Assembly (NCBI GenBank): GCA_046350775.1
Contig: JAXLZS010000001.1
Span: forward strand, 90,441 to 154,440
DNA length: 64,000 nucleotides
Direction: 5' to 3'
Source: Minisyncoccota bacterium
Lineage (GTDB): Bacteria; Patescibacteriota; Minisyncoccia; Phycocordibacterales; UBA5272
Positions 51,023-59,274 of this stretch are shown in pieces. Within the stretch, counting starts at the first letter, position 1. Every line of letters starts with the position of its first letter. The notes beneath the pieces are model-generated. The model was not told the DNA's origin. It ran no database searches and saw nothing but the letters and a program-made list of their open reading frames with translations. Position numbers and translations under genes: made by a program.

Positions 51023-51460
51023 TTAAAAATTTGTAAAAAACTTTTTATAACACAACTCTCCATGTCCGCACATGGTAGACGGCTTTATTACTCCTTGTTT
51101 TATTTTCTCTTCCAATTGTTTTTTATCTATGTCGTCGGTAGGATTATAATTATAATTTGAAATGGTGCATTCCGAGCCAGATTCTGCATATATCCAGCTT
51201 TTATTTTTGTAAATACATTTTATAGTTTTTTCACAATTTGAAGTACAGCCAGCGCCTTCACCGACAGTGTAAAACTCGTGTCCGCTAATTAATGAATTTC
51301 CAAAAAATATTAAGACAGCTTGATATTTTCTATCTGCGCCAGAGCTCGCAAAATCGCCAGATATTTTATAGTATTTTATTTTAAATAAAATTAAAGCGAG
51401 TATTGATAATGGTATCAATATTACGATAATTTTAATAGTAATTTTTTTATTCCTTCTCAT
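51023..51460 (-). CDS. Hypothetical Cys-rich exported protein
   Basis: N-terminal TM helix and 6 Cys; leaderless-type promoter. Confidence 0.6.
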   Translation of the reverse strand: MRRNKKITIKIIVILIPLSILALILFKIKYYKISGDFASSGADRKYQAVLIFFGNSLISGHEFYTVGEGAGCTSNCEKTIKCIYKNKSWIYAESGSECTISNYNYNPTDDIDKKQLEEKIKQGVIKPSTMCGHGELCYKKFFTNF

Positions 51461-51478
51461 ATCTTAAATTATATCACT

Positions 51479-53860
51479 TTACTTCGCATATTCTGTCGCG
51501 TCTTCGAATTTGATTGAAAGTAATTTTGAGCAACCTTCAGCTCCTACAGTCACACCATAAAGTACATCACACTGATTCATAGTCTCTCTATTGTGTGTGA
51601 TGACAAGCAATTTTGACTTCTCTGATAGCTTTTGAATCATTTTGCCATATTTGCGAGCATTAGCTTCATCAAGTGCTGCATCAGTCTCATCGAGCACCAT
51701 AAAAGGTGGATGATTGATAGAAGACATAGCAAATATGAGAGCGATAGAAGAGAGAGCTCTCTCTCCACCAGAGAGCATTTGTAGATCCTTCACTTTCTTT
51801 TCTGGAAGATTGACTGAGATTTCAATACCAGGCTCACGAGATTTTTCTTCTTCCAAATCTTCTCCTTCTACTATTTCTGGACGCGTTATCTTTTCTAAAG
51901 ACAAAGAAGCTTTTCCTCCTGGAAAGATTTCATTAAAATAATTATTAAAATTGTGATTGATTTTTTGTAATCCAAGACTAAAGTCAGAAAGTAGAGTCTC
52001 TTTCAGGTCTTTTATTAGATTTTCTAGATTGATTCTAGAATTTTGTAAATCTTCTATTTCATTTGCTAAAAATGTATCTCGCTCAGAAAGTGACTGATAT
52101 TCATCTATTATTTCACTAGCATTTATAATACCACTTTCTTCTATTTTTATTTTACTTCTTTCTATTTTACGAAGTAGATCGTGTTGGCTAATATTTAGTA
52201 TACTTTTTTCATCTTCTTTTGCTTGATTTTCATTCCAATTTTTATACTGAAAGGCAGCACTACCAAGCAAGGCACTCATTTCTTGCAGAAGATTATCAAA
52301 TTCATTTTCTTTATTTTTTATAATTTCAGATTTTACTCTTAAAGAATCTTTTTGGGAATGAAGTTTTTCAAGCTCTAATCTTAGAGACAAAATCTGATTG
52401 TCGAGTTTATAAGATTTTTCTTTGTCTTCATTTTCTATCTGAACTTTCTCTTCTTTTTTAGAATTTAAAAGACTTAATATTTTTTCTTTTTCAGTATCTA
52501 GCTTGTCTAGCAACTCTTTTGCATCTTGTAATCTTACTTCGAGATTATCTATTTCACTAGAAAAATTATCAGTAATGTTTTCTTTTTTTACTTCTTTGTC
52601 CTGATCTTTTTCATTTTTTAAAATCTTTATGAAATTTTTTTCTTCATTATGCGCTAACTCAAGATTTTCTTTCAAATCAGAATATTTTTGATCTTCGTAT
52701 AAAGAAAAGATATTATTCCAAAGATTTTCTCTAGAACCCTCAAAAGAGACAAGACTATTTTTATCTATAAAATATTTTTCTACTTCTTTTTTAACTTCAT
52801 GAATATTAATATTTTTGTTTTTTAAGATCTCTTCTTGTTTATTTTTTAAGAATTTTATTTCTAGATCAAGATTTACAAAAGATCTGTACACTTCGTCGCG
52901 ATCCTTATTTATTTTCTGCAATTTTTCAGTCTCTTCATTTATTATTCTATTTAAATCATGAGATAATTCTTTTTTATTATCATCAATAATTTCATTTTGT
53001 TTTGATTTTTCTTTAGACAGATTTTCTAATTCTTTTTCTAAAGATAGAATTTTTTGCTCAAAATCATGATGGTCTGCCAACTCATTTTTTTTATTTAAAA
53101 TATCTACGTGCTCACGAGAGAGATAGATCTTTAAAAGATTGCTAGCCAAGTCTATTTCCTCTTCTCTTTTTTCGAGTTCTTTGACTTGCTTTTTAAGAAA
53201 ATTTAAATGAGGAATATTTTCTCTTCTTAGCAGATCTATTTCCTGAAGATGATTTTTGACTTTTTCTAGTTTTTTCTCTCCTTCTTTGATACGCATGTGA
53301 TAGATACGTAGACCAAGGGCATCTTCTATCATTTCTCTTCTGTCATTATTATTAGAAAGAAGTATTCTATCAGCTTCACCTTGATTGACTATTGTATGCC
53401 CTGAAGCTGAGATATTTGCCATCGCAAGAAGCTCTTGCACATCTTTTAGTCTTACTTTTGTACCATTAATAAGATATTCACTTGATCCATCAGAATATAT
53501 TTCTCTTGTCAGCACTATCTCATCAAGATTTATGAAATTTAAAAGAGTGTCATTTGTCTCTCCATTTCGACTTAAAAGTTTTTCATTGATATTTTTATGA
53601 GTATTATCAAGATGAATTGAAACACTAGCACGAGAAAGGGGTGAAAGAAATGAGGATCCCTTAAAGATAAGATCACTTCCTGATTTTGAGCGTAGACCTT
53701 TCATTGACTGTTCTCCGAGTACAAAGCGAATAGCTTCTGCAACATTAGACTTTCCAGATCCATTTGGACCAACCACTCCAGTCACATTACTAGAGAGGTC
53801 GAGATTTATTTTTTTTGCAAAACTTTTAAAGCCTTGCATGCTGATAGATTTTAAATACAT
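51479..53860 (-). CDS. smc: Short SMC family ATPase
   Basis: GFKSFA, GPNGSGKSN, Q-loop NQG, LSGGE, VLDETDAALD, ITH. Confidence 0.92.
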   Translation of the reverse strand: MYLKSISMQGFKSFAKKINLDLSSNVTGVVGPNGSGKSNVAEAIRFVLGEQSMKGLRSKSGSDLIFKGSSFLSPLSRASVSIHLDNTHKNINEKLLSRNGETNDTLLNFINLDEIVLTREIYSDGSSEYLINGTKVRLKDVQELLAMANISASGHTIVNQGEADRILLSNNNDRREMIEDALGLRIYHMRIKEGEKKLEKVKNHLQEIDLLRRENIPHLNFLKKQVKELEKREEEIDLASNLLKIYLSREHVDILNKKNELADHHDFEQKILSLEKELENLSKEKSKQNEIIDDNKKELSHDLNRIINEETEKLQKINKDRDEVYRSFVNLDLEIKFLKNKQEEILKNKNINIHEVKKEVEKYFIDKNSLVSFEGSRENLWNNIFSLYEDQKYSDLKENLELAHNEEKNFIKILKNEKDQDKEVKKENITDNFSSEIDNLEVRLQDAKELLDKLDTEKEKILSLLNSKKEEKVQIENEDKEKSYKLDNQILSLRLELEKLHSQKDSLRVKSEIIKNKENEFDNLLQEMSALLGSAAFQYKNWNENQAKEDEKSILNISQHDLLRKIERSKIKIEESGIINASEIIDEYQSLSERDTFLANEIEDLQNSRINLENLIKDLKETLLSDFSLGLQKINHNFNNYFNEIFPGGKASLSLEKITRPEIVEGEDLEEEKSREPGIEISVNLPEKKVKDLQMLSGGERALSSIALIFAMSSINHPPFMVLDETDAALDEANARKYGKMIQKLSEKSKLLVITHNRETMNQCDVLYGVTVGAEGCSKLLSIKFEDATEYAK

Positions 53861-53940
53861 AAAAATAATTCACTCAAAATTTAAAGTTGATTAAATTATA
53901 TCACAAAAAATATCTAATATTTTTTATATTTTTTAAAAAC

Positions 53941-53969
53941 TTGCAAAATTTTTTTGGCTGTGATAGATT
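53941..53969 (+). promoter_or_regulatory. Sigma70-type promoter driving the candidate ncRNA
   Basis: TTGCAA-17 bp-(TGA)TAGATT. Confidence 0.6.
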
Positions 53970-53973
53970 GTAA

Positions 53974-54152
53974 GTCCAATATGGAACTGCGACAACATTC
54001 GTACGTTGCACAGCTGAGGCCATAAAGGACAATTGTACCTTGAACTAGCTACTTGTAAGGAATGAAAAACATTTTTCTAAACCGCTTGTAGCAAGCAGCC
54101 AAGATCCGTTAGAGGGACGAGGCAAAAACCACGGCATTAACCGTGGTTTTTT
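53974..54152 (+). ncRNA. Unassigned structured RNA (6S-like motifs)
   Basis: GC-elevated island with promoter and terminator; multiple stems; AACTGCGAC and ACCTTGAAC words. Confidence 0.55.
54124..54152. terminator. Bidirectional terminator (ncRNA / uppP)
   Basis: AAAAACCACGG-CATTAA-CCGTGGTTTTT. Confidence 0.8.
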
Positions 54153-54155
54153 ATT

Positions 54156-54938
54156 TTACATAAAAAATACTAAAGCAAAAATTATTGAGATAATAATACG
54201 ATACCAGCCAAAAGCTATAAAATTGTGTCTTTGCACATAATTGATGAGCCACTTTATAAATATTAAAGCAAATATAAAAGAGGTAATAAATCCTATCGCA
54301 ATAGAATTTATTTCTGAAAAAGAAATATCTTTATAGCTTTTTAATAAATCATATCCAGTAGCTGCTAACATTGTTGGTACTGCTAATAAGAAAGAAAATT
54401 TTACAATAGTTTCTCTCTTGAGATCCATTAAAAGTCCACCAATAATTGTGGCGCCACTTCTTGATACTCCAGGAATCATTGCTATACTCTGCCACAGGCC
54501 AAGATAAAATGCTTTTTTGTAAGTTATTTCTTTAATATTAAATTTATTTTCAGCATTTTCTTTTACTATTTTCTTATTTTTTTCTATTAAGATCATCACA
54601 ACACCACCAACAAAAAGAGAAATAATCACTATCAAATAATTATCCAATAAATATTCTTTTAGAAATTTATAAATAGTGAGACCAATAATACCAGTTGGTA
54701 AAAAGGCGACTATTAATTTTTTAATGACTTCTAAATTAAATAATTCTTTAAAATAAAATACTATAACGGCCAAAATTGCTCCGAGCTGAATTATTATCTG
54801 GAAATCTTTTAAAAGATTTGTGTTTTCTATTTTTAATAAATGAGATGTGAGTATGAGGTGTCCAGTAGATGAAATAGGTAAAAATTCTGTTATGCCTTCA
54901 ACTATTCCTAAAATTATTGAATGGAAATGAGAGATCAT
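54156..54938 (-). CDS. uppP: Undecaprenyl-diphosphate phosphatase
   Basis: GIVEGITEFLPISSTGHL, IQLGAILAV, PGVSRSGATI; start ATG 54938 (the track extension runs through the tRNA). Confidence 0.95.
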   Translation of the reverse strand: MISHFHSIILGIVEGITEFLPISSTGHLILTSHLLKIENTNLLKDFQIIIQLGAILAVIVFYFKELFNLEVIKKLIVAFLPTGIIGLTIYKFLKEYLLDNYLIVIISLFVGGVVMILIEKNKKIVKENAENKFNIKEITYKKAFYLGLWQSIAMIPGVSRSGATIIGGLLMDLKRETIVKFSFLLAVPTMLAATGYDLLKSYKDISFSEINSIAIGFITSFIFALIFIKWLINYVQRHNFIAFGWYRIIISIIFALVFFM

Positions 54939-54941
54939 ATG

Positions 54942-55022
54942 TGCTCGGGGCGGGACTCGAACCCGCAAGCCGTGAAGCAAAAGATTTTAAGTCTTTCGTG
55001 TATACCATTCCACCACCCGAGC
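54942..55022 (-). tRNA. tRNA-Leu(TAA)
   Basis: GCTCGGG/CCCGAGC acceptor, AAAGA-CT TAA AA-TCTTT; no CCA. Confidence 0.96.
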
Positions 55023-55098
55023 TTTTATAAAAAGTATTTTATCATAAAAAACACTTTTTAAAAAGCTTTTATTTATTTAAATAATGCTTTATTGTATC

Positions 55099-55290
55099 TT
55101 ATTTATTTTTTCCAAACAATTTATCCAATCCCTCCTTGGTTAATGGTTTTCCTCTCTTACTTTCTTTTTCTTTTCCAAAAATATTATCGATCGCTCTTTT
55201 AGCTGCCAACCTTCTTCTTTTTTCTGTTTCTGAAGGAGAGTTCTTTTTTAATCTTCTTATAAGGTTTTTATTTTTTTCAAATTTTTCCAT
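55099..55290 (-). CDS. Small basic hypothetical protein
   Basis: 63-aa ORF with TGATAGAAT box upstream; internal repeat IDNIFGKEK/LDKLFGKNK. Confidence 0.55.
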   Translation of the reverse strand: MEKFEKNKNLIRRLKKNSPSETEKRRRLAAKRAIDNIFGKEKESKRGKPLTKEGLDKLFGKNK

Positions 55291-55345
55291 ATATTTTTAT
55301 ACATTATTATCATTCTATCATAATTTATGTTAGAATACTCAAAAT

Positions 55346-55419
55346 GGTGCGATGGCGAAGTGGCCTAACGCTGCGGTTTGCAAAACCGCCATTCGCGGGT
55401 TCGACTCCCGCTCGCACCT
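55346..55419 (+). tRNA. tRNA-Cys(GCA)
   Basis: GGTGCGA/TCGCACC acceptor, GCGGT-TT GCA AA-ACCGC; no CCA. Confidence 0.96.
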
Positions 55420-55451
55420 CATTTAAAGTTTTGTGATAATATATAAAGTAT

Positions 55452-55883
55452 ATGAAGAAAAATTTTTTACAAAGAATTTATAATTATTTTTCAAATTTTG
55501 AATTTAAAAATAGATCTTTTTTGTCTAGACACAGATTTTTATACGCTTTGATTGGTGGTGCTGGTGTGGTCTTATACTGGAGAGGTGTCTGGCATACTAG
55601 TGATCTTTTAGAAAGTAGTGGTGGTGTGTGGTCTTCTATTTTTTCTCCAGTAGGATCTATCTTAATTGGAGTGATAACTCTTTTATCTATAGGTCTACTC
55701 GTACAATCTTTTATTGGGCAAGATATTATTATTTCTGGATTAAAAAAAGAAGAAAAAGAGATTGATAAGACAGAAGAGCAGCTTTTAAATGAAGAAAATA
55801 AAGAATTGGCAACACAGAAATTAATAAAGGAAATAGATGATCATCTTCATGAAATAGAAGAAAAACTTAAAATCAGAGACTAA
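55452..55883 (+). CDS. Conserved hypothetical membrane protein
   Basis: LYALIGGAGVVLYWRGVWH, TM helix, coiled-coil tail. Confidence 0.75.
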   Translation: MKKNFLQRIYNYFSNFEFKNRSFLSRHRFLYALIGGAGVVLYWRGVWHTSDLLESSGGVWSSIFSPVGSILIGVITLLSIGLLVQSFIGQDIIISGLKKEEKEIDKTEEQLLNEENKELATQKLIKEIDDHLHEIEEKLKIRD

Positions 55884-55940
55884 GATTTTTTGTTTTTGAA
55901 AAAAAATAAATATATGCTATAATTTTCAAATAAAAATACT

Positions 55941-56013
55941 GGGCCCTTAGCTCATTTGGTAGAGCGCCGGTTTTGCACTCCGGAGGTGAGCGGTTCGAAT
56001 CCGCTAGGGTCCA
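55941..56013 (+). tRNA. tRNA-Ala(TGC)
   Basis: GGGCCCT/AGGGTCC acceptor with G3:U70, TGC anticodon; no CCA. Confidence 0.95.
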
Positions 56014-56153
56014 CAATTTGTTTGCTTACTTTTAATATTTGTGGTATTTTATTGCCAGTAAATTTTGCTATCCATTTTGCTATTTATAGCAAAATTTAAT
56101 ATATATTTTTAACTTATTTTAAACAATATTTGTTCATTTAAAATCTGTCAATT

Positions 56154-57560
56154 ATGCGTTCCTTAAAATGGTTTTTGATTTTTATTTCGGTTTGGTTTTT
56201 GCTTTATTGTTTTGAAGTATCTAAAGGTCGCTGGATCTTAGCTTCCATACCAACACAATTTATCTTGTGCTGGATTTCTTTAATATCTTCAATGGTAGAG
56301 GTTCCTTACGAAGAACACAGAAAACTACTTATTAGACTTTTTAAAGTAGAAATAAGCACTCTTGAAAGTGGTGTTTATTTTATTCCGTTTTTATGGATAT
56401 GGGGCGAAGTGTTCATTCCAAAAGAATTTCGAGAAGATAAAAAAGAATCTCATGTGCACGTTGATACAAGAGAAACTCGAAAACACAGAAAAATCGGACT
56501 TATAGAAGACATTTCTCGAGAACACTTTTTTCCTTTTATTTTTGGTAAAGGTATCTGGGCTTTTGTTTTGACTTGTATAATTTCTTATGGATTAAATATT
56601 AAATTTATTCCTTATTTGGAAAATCAAACTCCGATTGTAAATTATATTGCTGGAATTTTTGGTTATAAAAAGCAAATAGAAAATCAAAATAATATTTCTA
56701 CTGCCACAATACAAAACTCAACAAATCAGCCTCAGTATAATCAGGCCACAGCTCCATCAGGGCAGAAGACTAAAGATTACAATGGTATGGATACTGCTAC
56801 AAGACCTGTAGATTCTTCGGTAAAAGCAGATAATTCGACGACTGTTGTCAATCAAAATTCATATCAATCTACAGAAGCACCACCTGCTCCTATAGTCGAT
56901 TGGCTTCCTCCGGAAGATGCTTATAATCCTACAATCACTTGGGACAATTTAAAGACTCGTGATGTCTGGACAGCTCTAGCCAAAATGACAACAGAGATGG
57001 ATTATGTGAATGAGCGTGGATATTTTGTCTCTAGCTCAAATTCTTATAATTATTTTCCAAGCGTATTTGTTGATGGTTTTCGTGGAGACCAAAATTTCTT
57101 TTGTCATTTTTTCAAAGTTTATATTAGAAAATTAACTTTTAAAAACGGAGAAACTTGGCAAGATGGAAATATGGATTTTTGTGATTATGTAAACATTGTA
57201 AGCTCAACGAGCAGAGTTGATAATACCTGTTATCGTGATGTGAAAATTTATCTCAAAGATCAATTTAAAGGTAAATACTCTTGGCACATAATTGACGCCG
57301 GATATGGGGATGGTGATTTAAGTTTTGAGATTTTTCTTTATGACAGAGACCATGATTATCAATCTGTCATTTCTCAAAATGAAACGATAAGAACCGGCCA
57401 TCAATACCGCGAGCATAGGCCAATGACAAATGAAATGAATAGTAAATATTTGTCAGATTCAAAGTCAAATCCAGAACAGAAATCAGAAGAAGAGAGGAGG
57501 CTAAACGCAAAGACAAACAAAAAAAGAAAGAGAGGAGATCCGCCAGGATCAAATTATTAA
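56154..57560 (+). CDS. Hypothetical membrane protein (ORFan-like)
   Basis: 468-aa ORF; TM helices, S/T/Q-rich linker; terminator at 57577-57610. Confidence 0.65.
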   Translation: MRSLKWFLIFISVWFLLYCFEVSKGRWILASIPTQFILCWISLISSMVEVPYEEHRKLLIRLFKVEISTLESGVYFIPFLWIWGEVFIPKEFREDKKESHVHVDTRETRKHRKIGLIEDISREHFFPFIFGKGIWAFVLTCIISYGLNIKFIPYLENQTPIVNYIAGIFGYKKQIENQNNISTATIQNSTNQPQYNQATAPSGQKTKDYNGMDTATRPVDSSVKADNSTTVVNQNSYQSTEAPPAPIVDWLPPEDAYNPTITWDNLKTRDVWTALAKMTTEMDYVNERGYFVSSSNSYNYFPSVFVDGFRGDQNFFCHFFKVYIRKLTFKNGETWQDGNMDFCDYVNIVSSTSRVDNTCYRDVKIYLKDQFKGKYSWHIIDAGYGDGDLSFEIFLYDRDHDYQSVISQNETIRTGHQYREHRPMTNEMNSKYLSDSKSNPEQKSEEERRLNAKTNKKRKRGDPPGSNY

Positions 57561-57648
57561 TTTTTTCTTTTCTTTTAAAAGAGTGATATTTTTTAATATC
57601 ACTCTTTTTTATTTTTATATTTTTTCTCGTGTTAAAATATAAAAAGAT

Positions 57649-58626
57649 ATGAACAAAGAAGAATCTATAAAAATTTTGAAAGAAGATTTTCATAAATACA
57701 AACTTCTTGTTCCTTTACTTGAGATACATGACACTCCAAAACAATTATTTTTTAAAGCGAAAAATGAAGATATATTAAATAATTTTTTAAATAAAACTTG
57801 GGAGAATAATGAATATAAAATACTGACAATTGTAGGATCAAGAAAAAATTCTGGATACAGTAAAGATGTATTAAAATTTCTTTTAAAAAATTTGATAGGA
57901 GAGAAAATAGTGATAGTATCAGGTCTGGCTCTCGGCATAGATTCTTTAGCACATAAAAACGCAATGGAAAATAATTTTCCTACTATTTCTATACCTGGAT
58001 CTGGTCTAAATAAAAATGTCTTGTACCCTTCAGCTAATATTTCTCTTAGTCAAGAAATACTTGATAGTGAAAATATTCTCATATCAGAATATGAAGATGA
58101 TAGAAAAAGTGAGCTTTATTTTTTTCCGGCCAGAAATAGAATCATGGCTGCCATCTCTGATGCTGTATTAATAGTTGAAGCAGGAGAAAAAAGTGGCACA
58201 TTGATTACAGCAAGACTAGCTATGGAATATGGTAAAAATGTAGGAGTCATACCAAATAATATTTTCGCAGAAGGAGCAAAAGGGTCCAATAAATTGATTC
58301 AAGATGGAGCGCAAATAATTTTAAATGAAAATGATATTTTAGAAATCTTAAAAATCAGTAAAGATGATCAAGGATTATTATCTTTAGATTTTAATAATAA
58401 AAAACATACTGATAAATTAAAAAATATTTTAGATGGCTTGAGTGATGTTGAGCAAGAAATTTTAGAAAAAATAATCCAGGCTGGAAGTGTTGAAAAAGAC
58501 AGACTTTTAGCGGAAATGGAAAATGATTTAGAAATCAATTATACCGACTCACTTGTGGCTCTCATGAGTCTTGAAATCAAAGGATTTATAAAAGAAGAAT
58601 TAGGGGAAATACGAATAGTGAAATAA
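57649..58626 (+). CDS. dprA: DNA-processing protein DprA
   Basis: IVGSR, IVSGLALGID..AH, FPARNRI, VEA..KSGTLITA. Confidence 0.95.
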   Translation: MNKEESIKILKEDFHKYKLLVPLLEIHDTPKQLFFKAKNEDILNNFLNKTWENNEYKILTIVGSRKNSGYSKDVLKFLLKNLIGEKIVIVSGLALGIDSLAHKNAMENNFPTISIPGSGLNKNVLYPSANISLSQEILDSENILISEYEDDRKSELYFFPARNRIMAAISDAVLIVEAGEKSGTLITARLAMEYGKNVGVIPNNIFAEGAKGSNKLIQDGAQIILNENDILEILKISKDDQGLLSLDFNNKKHTDKLKNILDGLSDVEQEILEKIIQAGSVEKDRLLAEMENDLEINYTDSLVALMSLEIKGFIKEELGEIRIVK

Positions 58627-58712
58627 TATATTATATAAATTGACCAAATATAGTATTTCTGTTAGTATTTTATTACTAGAAATTTTTCTAGAGCTCTTTA
58701 AAAATTAGAATT

Positions 58713-59144
58713 ATGAAATATATTTTATTTTCGATCAGAGAAGCAAAGATCTGGCAAATATCTCTTTTATTTTTCATGATAATTCTTTTTACATTTTTGG
58801 CTTTACAAATAGATTCTCAAACGCTGGGTCATTTGTTAAGGCTAAATACTAATATGGAAGGATATGTGTCATCAAAAATATGGACTTATTTGTTCAGGTC
58901 TGGTATTATGCCAACTTTTTACGCTCTAAGTATTTTTTACATATTTTTTGGAAAAAAGTACTTTCTTTTAAGAAAGATCTCATATGCGATTCTTTCTTTA
59001 GCTTTTGTCGGTGTAATATTATTTTTATTGTGTCCAAATTTGCACAACGTCTTTTACGATGTGGCCGAAGGATTGGTAATATCTATTTTTTTATATTTTT
59101 CAATCTTTTTTTTTTATTTTTGTTTTCATGATATGATGTACTAA
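58713..59144 (+). CDS. Hypothetical membrane protein (ORFan-like)
   Basis: 4 TM helices; TTGACC-17-TAGTAT promoter. Confidence 0.55.
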   Translation: MKYILFSIREAKIWQISLLFFMIILFTFLALQIDSQTLGHLLRLNTNMEGYVSSKIWTYLFRSGIMPTFYALSIFYIFFGKKYFLLRKISYAILSLAFVGVILFLLCPNLHNVFYDVAEGLVISIFLYFSIFFFYFCFHDMMY

Positions 59145-59197
59145 GACAATTTCATCAAGCTCAAGCTTGGTCGAGATGGTTCAATCATTAGACCGTG

Positions 59198-59226
59198 CCT
59201 CCGGATTCAACTCCCGGAGGTTTTTT
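59198..59226 (+). terminator. Intrinsic terminator
   Basis: CCTCCGG-ATTCAACTC-CCGGAGG-TTTTTT. Confidence 0.8.
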
Positions 59227-59274
59227 ATTTTATGTTATACTGAGAAAAATAACAGCTTTTTATTGCAATTTAAT

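Noticed and set aside
54085-54105. SRP RNA (AAGCAGCCAAG)
   Set aside because: Lacks the matching CAGG strand and GNRA tetraloop of helix 8.
53974-54152. tmRNA or RNase P RNA
   Set aside because: No tRNA-like ends or Ala-Ala tag; no GAGGAAAGUCC; too short.
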